A DNA stretch of 64,000 nt, taken from the NCBI RefSeq assembly GCF_964204865.1, contig NC_135252.1:19902001-19966000 (forward strand). The letters run 5' to 3'. A model generated the notes under the pieces. The model was not told where the DNA came from and did not search any database. It was given only the letters and a program-made list of their open reading frames with translations. Below are positions 51,303 through 64,000 of the stretch, in pieces. Made by a program: the position numbers and the translations under genes. Origin of the DNA: Styela clava. Lineage: Eukaryota. Position 1 is the first letter of the stretch, and each line of letters begins with the position of its first letter.

Positions 51303-53973
51303 TCTGTAATGTAAGATTGAAATCAAGTTAAAAGAGACAAATATGGAATTAAAATCCCTAATTTTCAAAATAAGATGGAAGTGTTATTAGATAAGCAGAT
51401 TCAACACCGATCGTTCGACGATACTATATTTTTAACGTTGATTATGGCAGTTTCCTAAATAAACGTTGTTGTTTTTTAAACCGTCAGAAAAATAAGCGTA
51501 TTAAAAAAATTATAAACAACATTCACTATCAAGACATAATATAAACTTTAAAAAGTCTGAAATTTTATTCTCTAAAATACCAAAATATATTGAATACTCT
51601 TACTCTTAATGAGTTTTGTTGGATGCTCACGTGACTCAGGTGGGTAAAATGTAAAGATATTTTCTTCCTGATAATATTGATTTCTCATTCATTTTATATT
51701 TATTTTATACTCCTAAACATTTTCCTAACCAAATATATTAGATTCAAAATTGAAAATTAACTAAACCCTCAAAATGACTTACGTCTTCCACTGTCAACTT
51801 CCGAATCTGAGATAATCTCTCCACAACGTTGCAAAGAATATGCCAGAATTGTGTGCAGTGTTAACCAATTTAAAATAAATTTTTCTATAAAATGGTTTTT
51901 AAAAAAAAGGTTTCGTATTACAAAATGTTTTAGTATAATTTAACCTTGGTACAAACGTGACTGGCTTTGACAATACTACTGAAATACCATAAAACATGTG
52001 TGGACCTCATTGTTTGACTGGAACGTAAATTTTAAAATTCAGCAATTGTGAGTAAAACGTGTTACAATACGTTGTGCTACTTTCAGGATGTAATTATATT
52101 TTTATGTCAAATTCATGACAGCAATTTCCTACTTTTTAAAAATATGTGGAAGACCCGATAGAATTTTGCAACAGTTTTTTTTCAATTTCACTTGATAACG
52201 AGCTATTTAGAAAATAATACAATAACAGCCACACTAATGATCTATTCAATTCATGCAGCGACCCTCATCCAAAATAGTCGTAATCTCACTAATCATGGTG
52301 TCTAGAAATAATGAATGAATGCATTGAAAACTGATTTCTCCATATGGATGGTTTTCAATAACTTCGTCAGGATTAATATGAGCATAGATGAGTTCTGAAC
52401 ATTAAAGCTCATGGAAACTTCCGTGGTATAAGTTATTTTTGATTGACAGGTAATTTAACTTTCAACGTAACATTTCGACATACTAGGACCAGTAATATTG
52501 CGTACATTTTGTCTCATTCAATTTGCGGGGCATTAGGCCAATTTCTTTTTAGTTCTTTATTTAATATATGAAACAAATCAAATGCAATTCCTGAACAAAC
52601 CGTATGTAAATTTTCAAACGAAAAACCTGTAAAGTATCACAACAGTTTTCAGTGAAAAGGCATCGAATAAAATACAAAATACCAAATGCTACATTATTTC
52701 GAAACTTTCAAATTCATATTGTGGTTAACTTATTTTTGCAGTAAGCAATTGGTTGCTGAATATTATAAAAAACAAACTATAGATAATGTAAAGATAAATC
52801 TCTTCAAATTCCATACTGGTAAGTGGTAATTTAATTAACTTCTCAGTGGCAGACAGCGTATGTTATTGCCAAAATAATACTTTGACAGTTGAAATAAGGT
52901 TCATGACTATAAATTTTCAAACATACAGTGCTTTCCAAAATTTAACGGTCAACAAACAGAGGAACCATCTTTCAATTTATCCTATATTTAATTTGATTCT
53001 GCGTTTTATTTGGTCGTTTAATTTCACATTAGCCGAAATATTGTTGTGACATGTAATTGAATGGTTTCGACAAATATTTTACCACGATTGGTGTACAACA
53101 CGAGCGATTTTATGACATGTAAAATTAAAAATTATTTTAGGACTGACATGTTGTGATATTTTTGCTTCGTAAAAATAATCCATTTTTCTAAAAAATACAT
53201 CAATCAACATTTCAATAATTTTATTGTTTCCCTGTCATTTCAAAATTAATTTGAAAATCACAGACCTCTCAAACCACATACTGCTTTGAAATTAAGTATA
53301 CTTTGTAATTTGCAATGAAACTTAAGCTTTTTCAAAACATGTTGTTGAAATGTAACTTCAAAAGTATGAATACAAATTCAATATTTGTATTTAACATTGA
53401 ATAATATTTTTACTTATTTATTGAATCACATTTAACTAGTGCTGCCCGCTAGATGGTGCTGGATTTCAAATATTCGATTGTTGATTAAAATATATATACT
53501 GTATTCAATGTAGCATATAGTAATTACATAATTAAATTCAAAACTTAGTAATTTTGTTGATTTCTGCAAAAAAATTCGTTATCATAAAGCAAAAATGCTC
53601 TTTTGTTAAACTTTGAAATTTGGATCTCATTTACTCGTAGTTACTAAACAGTAACGTTTATTTTAAGTCCATCTTGATATCAAATTATGTCAATTATAAA
53701 GCTCGTAATATATCAAACAGGATATATTTCAGATTAGAAATATGACTTCAACTGTCAGATATTACAAATTTCCCCCATTTTTTTAAAAGAGCGATAAAAT
53801 ATGTGACATATTTTCTGTAATGATAAGATATAGGTTAACCACATAAATTATTGTTATCATTTTCCATCTATTATTCGACACAGAGTGGACATACAGATAT
53901 TGTTGTCAGTATGTTGTTGTTGTTAGACTTTTTGTTGTTGTTTTTCGCTAGAAGGATTTTGCTTTTATTTTTA

Positions 53974-55068
53974 GGCTCTACGTGATTCGTTTTTTGTGCG
54001 ATGACGTCATCAAAATTAAAATTGCGCACCATGCGGTTCCGCGTTCGCATTAGTGGTCTGACGACTGCGATAATAATCGGTATTCTACTGTGATCGATTG
54101 CATACTCGTACTACTAAGTTTTGGGTTTCGTGTCCATATTTTTGAGCATCCCTCTCTTGTTTATTATGGTAATTGAAAAAATCATGTAGAATTAATATTA
54201 AAATTTTTTACTTCAAAGTAATCAAGCAATGAATTGAAATTTAAAGCACAAACATACATGTAAATATGCAATGTGCATACCTCAATAATTCTTATAACAT
54301 TTTATTTAGTATGATAAAATTAACCTACAATGCTCGATTACTTATAATTGATGCTATATGAATGTGTAGTCACAATAAATTTCGTATCAGAACATGCTCG
54401 TCATACACAACTTTATTTTTTATTGACGTTGCACGTTTTCTTGTCCCAAATATTTTTTATGCGAAATATACAAAACAAAATATCAATTCAAACCTGAATA
54501 AACCTGTTTGTAAAAACTGTCAGCTTTTTACGTCAGTTTAGTCTTAATATATCCGTTTTAAGGCCAGAATGATTGATGCAAAGAAAATATCATGAGCCAG
54601 AAAGCCTTGATGATTAAGCACTCAAACTTTTAAATTTGTTTTTGTGAAAGCGCGTTTTTTGAAAATATTAGTTTATATATAAAAAAATATAATTTTCATT
54701 TCGCAATTTTTTTTGTTGTCACTATTTGTATGTATTGGACGTATTCAAATGATCATAATACGTTGAATTGTACATAAAATTCGATTGCAATAGCAATTAT
54801 TTGTTTTGTGCTAATACGAGTTAACAGAAATAATTGACAATCTAGTATCTTCTTTAAACCTGTAAAACCTGTCGAAATCGAAAACGATGGATCAACATAT
54901 TTGCTTAAAAAAATTCCTAGAAATACAAGATAGCAATACTAAAATATATGGTCTCGAACGCAAAAACGAAGTAGGGTATGCAGTCCATCACATTAGATAA
55001 CCGCCACAAAGCGCGCAATTTTTAATTTTGATGACGTCATCAAGCACAAAAAAGAATCCCATAGAGTC
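53974..55068. mobile_element. MITE with ~55-bp imperfect TIRs (GGCTCTA.. termini, possibly PIF/Harbinger)
   Basis: ggctctacgtgattcgttttttgtgcgatgacgtcatcaaaattaaaattgcgc vs gcgcaatttttaattttgatgacgtcatcaagcacaaaaaagaatcccatagagtc. A solo related terminus lies at ~3841-3900. Confidence 0.7.
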
Positions 55069-56675
55069 CACAGAAAGTTTTTAAATTGCAAAAAATAAAT
55101 AAATAAAAGAAAAACAAATCATTAAGTACTGAAAACTTGAAAATAAAAAATTGGTCCACTAGTTAATCAAAAAATAAACATTTTTTCAGAACAAGAACAG
55201 CAACATAATATTAATAAAACGATCAACATGTCCACTTAGTTTGCAAAAAAAAACATTATTAGATACACAGAATTAAACAAACATTTAGGCATTATCAATA
55301 GAAAATAGAAATGCAATAATGCAATAAAAACCAAAAAAAAAGGAAAATTTAACTTAGTTTATCTGTTCTGTGCATAAATTTGTCTTGTATTAATATTTTT
55401 GAAAATTTTGATCGAGATATGGCCATTTGCAGTCAAAAATATACAAAACGATCAATAAAATGAAACTTTTGATTAGTAATTCATATTGAGATATTGAGCC
55501 TACCTATTGCGTTGGAAGCTGTATACAATATCTACTTAACTTTAGCAAGATGAAAATTAAAGAAATATATAATGAATGACTGACAGCTTTGTGACAAGTA
55601 CTAATCTTTACAAATATGATAAAGATTTTATTTAAGCTTTGTTAAATATACATTGAAACGCTAAGAGCAGAGGTGACAAAACGTATTATGTTTTGGAAAT
55701 ATTATCGCCAGTGTAAGACTTCTGACAGTAGATACAAACATACTTCATATAAAGATACACAATGTCAGCTACACGGCGTCGTGTGTCATTGTTTTATCTT
55801 GACATTCTCAATGAAATTAAAAAAATGTTGGTATGTGAATATTGCTTTCTGATATTTCGTTTAGTTTAAATCTCGCGGTCGTTATTTATATCATACAATA
55901 AATCAGAATTACTAACTATGAAGACGGTGGAAATCAATGCAGGTTGAATATTTGACGAAGCATCGAACAGGGCAAGGATATATATATATATATATATTTA
56001 AATTGTACAAGTTTTTGTTTATAATATATAAGTTTTATCAAAGCAATGCCCCAAGCCTTCACCAAAAAGTGGAAACAATACTCATAGAAAGTAGCAAACG
56101 GCACGCACGTAAGGTATAAATATATGTATATATATAAATATATTGGTTCCAACGATAGTTGAATACAAATTTGATACAAATTTGATTTGATAGTTTGATA
56201 CAAATTTGCTGTTCAATCGAGGTAAATGTGGATTCATATATAAATACCTTGAATCAATCTGGCAAGGACGCCAAATTGGTATAAAATATTGAGAAAAAAT
56301 GTTTAAACAAACGACAATAAAACCGCGCCCTCGCATAATAAAAAGAAGAAAAGTACATGTGCATAGACAAACATTAGCCGTCCGTGATTCCTAAAAATGT
56401 AAGGTTTATTTAGATAGCTATTTCTGAAGTATTTTATTGTTGAATATGCTTCAATATGATAGCATACAGTATTAATATTTTGAATCTATTGTTTTCTATT
56501 TCATCCAAATTTTAGAAAATATTAACAAGACCTTTAATATCATATTTTGAGTTAATTATATTTTGATTGCAAATGTTTATAGTAAAAATAAAATTCAGCT
56601 TACATAAGCTTACATAAACCTTAACCATTTTTATTTTAAATATATTAGAGGCATATTTACAACGTTAATATAAAA

Positions 56676-58855
56676 ATGCATACTATTTATGTTGTGATGT
56701 TGTTAATTGCAATCTCAGTAAGAGGAGAACCAAGAAGCTGTAATAAAATCTCGCCTTACAAAAACACAGACTGGACCGAAGTAAGTTTGTTGCGAACGTT
56801 TGACTACGTATTTCCCGCAAAAAAAAATGTTATCACCGATGTATTCAGATTTCGATTATAGATGTGCATTATTAAATCGAAACTGTTCAATACAGCTCAT
56901 ATATTTGGAATAAAAAGTAGAAAAGGGGGTTTGAAGTTCGAAATTGAAGATCTTTCAACGGATTGGCGCTCTGATGCTAAGTTAGAAGAATTTTAATCTT
57001 AGGCACTCATACACATTGATATTAGCAGATTGATTTATAACAAGTTTGGCCTTTGTTTATGCATTATAATTATAAAAGTATGAACGAGGTAATTAAATCA
57101 ATAAATAATTTTCAGTTGCTTGGATCATGGTATCACCTGCTGCACATTCCTGGTGCAAGTTTTTTCTTGACATGCAAGCATATGTCAATTAACGATGTAG
57201 ATCTTGATTCAAAGATTGTGAACGTCGAGTTTTCTAGCATGGGAACGTAAGAAATTTTTATACATATAATACATTTTTCAACTTAACTTTGAGATAATGA
57301 AGTGATTTATTTTGAGTTCCCAATATCTTTGTGCTTGATTCAAGTTTCATGATGTATTTACTCATTCAGCTTTGCCAGTATGTTCATATGATAGTTTATA
57401 ATTGCAGATACAACAACAATCCTCGTTTATTACAGCACAATTCTGTTTATTTTAAATGGGAAACAAACAAAGCTGTTATTTATACTGGATTAAATACAGG
57501 TAATATTATTAATTTATTCGGTTAAATTATCAATTAATTTAGTTATTTGTTTAAATACCTGTTCAACAGAAATAAATTTTTAATTTATAACACTATTACA
57601 ATCTACAAAATATATGGTTTGGATTGTTATGTTCTTTTCTATTTACTACAAAAACAAATATTATATATTTGTCATTATTTTTGTTGTTCTATTTTCATTT
57701 ATTTATTTCTATATTAATTTTGGTATGTTTACATCAAAAAATTTAATTGTCAGATCGAAGAAAACAAAAGATTTCAAGTAAATTCTCACTGATAAGAAAA
57801 TTGTGGAAAACAGGTGAAATTAATTACTGGAGCATTTCAATCTAAATAAAATATTAAAAAAAAAAAATCTCGATGCGCAATAGATAATGTAATGGACCCG
57901 GCCAATCAAACTTTAGTACTCGGAGAGTGAAGGGTTCTACATTCAGATCATGCGAGCACCCTCCAATTTTACGTGTACAATTAATATAAATTATTGTGAG
58001 AAAATATTTAAACATATTATTAAATTACTTGTTAAATGTTGCTCATGATAATTTTCAGTAATATAAGGTGACTGGATATATTGATTAAAACTTATTTAAA
58101 TATTATCATTTATAGTTTTATTTTTGAAAGTGAAATGTAATATTAAAACAAAACATTTTTTTATGTTACAGAACTAAAATCAATTTATACTCTCATATCT
58201 ACGGATTACAAAAATTATATGATTATGGTTCAATGTACAAATTATGGTAAGAGAAGCATTAATTCATTTGAAAAATGTTTTTTTCTTTATCATAACATGT
58301 AAAGAAATGCAACTGATTTAAAGCGTTTATTTCAACATATCCCATATGTTAACTGATTCTGTATATCAGATATTGATAATGATAATTGATAAATAAAATA
58401 AAAAAGTTGAAATATAAATAGTTTTTAAAGGATTGATATTGCCAATTTAACTAAGTTTTTTTTTAAATAATTCCACAAAACAGTGCATGCAGAGAGAGAA
58501 ATATAATTCCACTTTATCACATATACAAATATTACTGAAAATTGACATCAACTTTTATAAAATGTCAGCGGAGCATTTGCCTTCGACAAATTATTTTACA
58601 CCTTTAAATAAATAGTGTCCATATCAGCGGTTTATCATTTTATAGCTATTTTCTCGAATCAAAAATATGTCTTTGAATTCTGTACCTGATTTTAAAATTA
58701 TTTAATTTAATTTAGCTATTCCAAACGTCTGGATTTCGATTAAAAACCTCGATGTTGATGATCGTTTGGCGGACAGTATTCTTCGAAGTCTTTCATCAGC
58801 TGGATTAAATGCTAGCAATTTGAATTTCAATTCAACAGAAATATGTTCTTATTGA
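56676..58855 (+). CDS. Secreted lipocalin (apolipoprotein D-like), 200 aa, 6 exons
   Basis: Exons 56676-56780, 57116-57246, 57408-57499, 57754-57813, 58172-58246, 58716-58855 (603 nt, open). Signal peptide MHTIYVVMLLIAISVRG, DWTELLGSWY (GxW motif), ISTDYKNYMIMVQC (TDY motif), VWIS, 4 Cys including a C-terminal C; intron phases 0,2,1,1,1. Confidence 0.85.
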
Positions 58856-61800
58856 ATTTTCGTATATTTTTACCTATGGTATGTCTATCAATTTGTTCTC
58901 GCATTTTCAGTATTGACAATAAAATTAAAAGCAGGTATATTTTCAATTATTCTATTCAATTTGGAGGGTTAAGCGCGGTGCTAGTTTGTTGCGTAACACT
59001 CATCTATTGTTACATGAAGGGTGGCTGCATTGCAGGACTATTGCCTGTTACACATTGTTTTATTGAAGTTTAAAAAAAGGCAGTTTATGCAAATGGCCAG
59101 TTTTGTATTCATATATTATGGTTATGTATTGCTTGGTTTTCTATATAAGGAAACGCATATGTGTCTCAATAACAGTGTTTTTTTTTATTATTTTTCTTGT
59201 TATTACTAATTCTAGTCGAAAAATAACAAAAAGTGAAAATAAACATTGAAAACGCGCCAAAAAGGAAAACAGCAGTATGTCCTTTAGGTCATGTTGTGTT
59301 TTTCATTGGGCTGTATCAAACTTGACCAATAGTCAGACTTCCTTACACACGCAGTTTGTTGTAAATCAAGACTCTTGAATTGCATAGTACAGTCTCTATT
59401 GTAGGAATTTATTTTACAGGACCGCTAAAATTCAAATCTTTTTGCTAATAACACAAATTAAAACTCATTATTTTTCAAATATATTTACAAAAAATCACAT
59501 TCTTATTTTTACTGGTAAATATTTGAAATTCTTGAAATGACCTCACACCTGTTGACTACTCGATACTTATAACACTGATATCAGAAAATTGGTGTCATGT
59601 TACAGCCATTTAAACGGGCAAATGTGATGTGATATTTCACATCTGTTCTAGTTAAACCGCTAATGATTGACAGATTCCGGAACTTAATCAACACTATAAA
59701 AATTTAAAATCACGTACATTCTATGTTGGTGAAAACAACCTTTAGATGCCACAGTGTTTCCTATATTTCTTACATGTAATCATGTTTAATAAAGCAAGAA
59801 AAAATATATTGAAATAGGGCAGATGAACGGCCTAAAGACATGAAAAAAACATGAAAGAATTTACTCAGCCCAAAATAAGTGGGTGGCACATTTTTAGGAG
59901 TGGGCAGCATGGCATGTCAGTGTCTTCCTTTTTTTAACTTCCCCAGGAACAAAATCAAAATAATGATAACACTACAATATAATAAAAATGAATTCCAAAT
60001 AATCTGGCTCATTATATTGTCCCATATTACATCTCAACCAATTACTGATTGTATAAAGGGCAGGAGCAATATGTAGGAAATATGTACAAAATGGGTAAAA
60101 TCATAATTGTAAAATAAAAAATACGAAAGTACTAAATAGAGCTTTATTATCAAGGTGCACCAAATTGCCAGATGCAAATACCTAGCCCCCACAAATATAT
60201 AATTTATTTAAAAAAAAAAGTGTTGCTATATTGATCCGCTCATAAATGAATGAAATATGAGATCTAGTTTTAACATCTGGGATTTATCATTCTACACCTG
60301 GGAAATTAGACTATTTTTATACGCACTCAATGCCTTATTTCAAGGGGTGAGATTAACTGATATGAATATGTTTTACAAACCGGCCGCAAGAGTCGGTCTT
60401 TGCATTCTATATGTCATAGACTTGATTATCCTGGCCATATGTTGTCAGACAGAATAAATTATAATCAGACATTAGACAGCGTTGTTAAAAAAAATTTGAA
60501 AAAAAACAACAACTCAAATAATAAATTATTATTCTAGCAATAAATTCTTTACGCCAAAATCGTTCGAACTGTTACATGTTTGCCCGTGTATTTTATATGT
60601 AACAGTTTTGATCATTTTTACTGTGAGTTGTCTTTACATAGAGTGGATGCAAAAAACATATTATATATAATATTTAAATAGAAATGACAATAAACACGCC
60701 ACGCCAAAATATTTCAAACTCGATATCTAAAGTCAATTATGTACTGATTTAAAAAAATGTTATTAACCGAGAAACCGAGTAACATGAATACGCTAAGACT
60801 AATTCACAATTCGATTCTTTGTTCTAAATTAGCGACCTCGTGATTGCATTCAACCTTGATCACCTACGGTTTGTGTATACTAGCCGGAGGCAGGAATTGG
60901 GATTCTAGACATCAATCATACGAATACTACAGTGATTAATTAGAAAATATCAAAAAAAATTCGAAGTCTTATTCGTTTTACAAGTTATATTTCATATTTA
61001 TAAGTTTTTTTCATAATACTTTACTCGAAATTTAATGTCATTATAAATTAGAGCCCACCATAAATACTTAATGTGCATATTTGAAATTTGAAATTATTTT
61101 TTTCTAAACGGCAAAATACAATTTTCTCATATTCTAAACAGCGATTCAAAACTAAGCATTAAATAAATTATTTATATGTTTCAAATATATGTTTCGTGAT
61201 TTTGATTTCCATGAACAATTTGCCACATCAATTCCAAGAAATTTATTCAAAAATACACTAAAACGACATAAAGTTGTCAGATATTATCAGTACAGATTTT
61301 AATCTATTCATCAAAACGTAGCATCAAAAACAAAATAGTTTTCACAAAATGGCGCCGAAATATATCAGTCCAAACTTAAACTGTATTTGACTTTCAATTT
61401 ATTTAGATTATGTCTGCGTAGGTAGATTTTCTGCAATTTATCTTGTGTTTTCTGCTTCTGTAATCTAATGATATTATCGTGAAAAAGAGCCGTGAAATTG
61501 AAACAAAGTGCGCGAGTCAGACATCAAAATTGTATCTCGTATTATCTCAAATTTGGTTTTAAATGAGTTTCAATATTATTTAAAGAAGTAATGAGAATAG
61601 CATTCCAGGATGCTGATCATATCAAATTTTAAGACTTGTTCAATATCTCAATTATTTGGTTATATTTGAACGTTCTTCGTTTATTTAAATTTTCAATTCT
61701 AATATGTAAAGCAGTGAGCAATCTGATAAAGAAAAGTTCGATAAACATGGTCAATGAATTCATGATTGTTTTTGATTCCTGCATGAATTTTGGGCTGAAA

Positions 61801-62256
61801 GTTTTGGGCTGGTAATTAACATAGGCATGACAAACCTGTATTATTCATTATACTACAGCTATAGCTATATAATAAGCAATATTATATTCCATGAAATTAT
61901 TACACGCAAATAACATGAGAAATCCACCAGTTCAGAGCGATTCTATTCGCACCTTACTCCACCGTTGAGTTCACTCAATTTAACTTGATGAGTATAATCG
62001 TTATCGAGATTTGACTTGATAGATTATCTTTCGTTTATTGATTTTAATTCAATGTTAAATATTCTGAATATTCAACGTTTTACACACCCGTGACGTATTA
62101 CTTCCTGCTCTTGTTTAAGTTTATCATTAATCGAAAAGGTATTTGTTGATAACAGTACTAACATTCTTAATAAGTAACTACATGAAAGGCTAATAACAAA
62201 AACGTATGAATATCAAAAAGTTAATATTGTGTCGATAATTTGTGAAGTATGATAAT

Positions 62257-62957
62257 TTGGGCTGGGAATTTCAGGGAAAACACCTTAACCGTTGACCGGG
62301 TAAAATTAACCGGTTAACCGCCGCGTGACTTTTGACGTAATAATTTATAATTTCAGCTTGTTACGTCACAATGCTTATAAAGCATTTTTGCGTGTTCTTA
62401 TCATCCCGGTATCGCTTCTTAAAATTATTCACGAATCGAGATAGTTTCATGATTGTTCTGCTGCAATAGATAGGCAGCGTGGTTCGGGCGTGTTGAAGTA
62501 TTTTAGATATTGATTTCGTTGTTAAACGTCATTTATGTGACAAATTATCAGTGTTCGATGTGCAAATTTTACTTCGAGATATATATCATAAAGAAAAACG
62601 GCATCAACTGCGCACCTGTTGTATGACGTTGAATATCCGATTTTGCAATGAAATCGAGAACCATATATTTCGAAATCGACCGAAAACTGATTCTGAATTC
62701 ATCATTGTCAAATTCCCATAATCAACTATCTTGGTACTTTCATTATTTTTCACGTTTATTGAGTCCTTACCCACACAGTTAGTAATATTCTTTTGAATTA
62801 AATGCCACAAGAGATAAATTTGCGATGACGTAATCATATTTGAAGAAATTGTACGGTATGAAGATGATTTGTACCTGAGATGTCAGTTAACGGTTAAAAT
62901 AAATCGTAACCGTTAACCATCTGAAATCGGTTAACCGAATAACCATTCCCAGCCCTA
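62257..62957. mobile_element. Non-autonomous hAT element with TAACCG subterminal repeats
   Basis: TTGGGCTGGGAAT ... ATTCCCAGCCCTA; perfect 8-bp TSD ATGATAAT (62249-56, 62958-65). Confidence 0.9.
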
Positions 62958-64000
62958 ATGATAATATAGTCCAATTTAAGAATTTAGAAACAGCTTCAGC
63001 GTTCAATGTTATTGAACAGCATTTCAGATATTGTCGGCAGTGATATTATTTGTGACACTCGTAACAACAAAAGATTCATTCATCATCTATGACGTGCTTT
63101 CATGCATATTTTACTGACACCCAAAATAAATTAAAAATATTTTCAATTTGTCAATTTGTTATTAGTTATGTTGAAAAATTGTAATAAATATTAAGAAAAA
63201 TAAAAGTGGGATGTTCATTGTTAAGTTATATCTGTAGTAGTGCAGTCGAATAGGAAATTATTTTGATAAACAAATGATTAGTTATGTGTACGAGTATATG
63301 CCAGACAAAAAGTGTATAAGTGTATTTATTGCAAACAAGCTCAAATGATACAAAATAAATATTCTCGTTTACATATATCATTCGTATCGAAACTGACAAT
63401 TCTATTTTTAGATTCTAATCCGATGGGAATTTTTCATAGATTGTCTTTGACCGGAACGATTTAACGCGTAAAAATGTGAGACTGGCCCATTAAATTAAAA
63501 TTGCTGTATTCCTCAAATGCAACGAAAATTATTTTATTGTCTTGTTCTAAACCTTGTACCCATCTATTATATGAGTTTCAAGATCTCTTTTATATTTATG
63601 ATTGATAAATTATTTATTTGGCGATGACTTAGTTTTTAATGTTTTAATAATCTTTTCTATGTATAAAATCAATTATGCAATCAATGATTTTATAGGTTAT
63701 TTAACATGCGCCCATGGTATGACACGTATTGTTTAAATGAGCATGCGATTTCTTTACCTGTTGTAGTTGAATAATGTATGTATATCTGATGAAGTCTGAC
63801 CGTGGTCAAAATAAACTGTACAGAAATAAATTTGTGTTTGTGTGCATCCAAACTCTTGAATCACTTTATAAAACAAAATAAGACATGAAAAATGTCAATA
63901 ATTGCTTTGTGTAAATTGACTTCAATGTTTTGAGCGATTAAATAGTTGTGGGTACATATTACAAGGAATATCTAAACAAACATACAATGTACATTTTTTT

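Noticed and set aside
51303-51368. Upstream extension of the 80-aa ORF 51126-51368
   Set aside because: Non-ATG start lying in the intron before the CAG acceptor at 51306-51304; the true start is the ATG at 51302.

Overview
AT-rich, intron-rich animal genomic DNA; the peptide gene below suggests a stolidobranch ascidian, but that is inference. (1) A head-to-head pair of divergent, intron-rich HSP70 paralogs. Copy A (minus strand, 7338 to <1) has a 16-nt frameshifting deletion in exon 7. Copy B (plus strand, 34770-41291) is intact at 618 aa with 12 exons but lacks EEVD and the hydrophobic linker. A third copy survives as an 11-codon stub at ~11100, and the intergenic DNA is an old inverted/tandem duplication. 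(2) An apparently intact 9,462-bp CACTA/EnSpm (CMC) transposon at 12096-21557 with 16-bp TIRs and a TA TSD confirmed by two empty sites in the window. It encodes an intronless C2H2-DDE transposase and a 5-exon, 488-aa SAM/SAMD3-like accessory protein. (3) Many non-autonomous DNA transposons (hAT, pogo/Tc1, piggyBac-like), often nested. (4) A 91-aa secreted prepropeptide gene (minus, 51302-50058) with styelin-type architecture but a Tyr/Trp-rich, non-cationic core; the ORF track captures only fragments of it. (5) A 6-exon ApoD-like lipocalin (56676-58855). All exon structures were spliced by hand and keep frame; no database searches were run.
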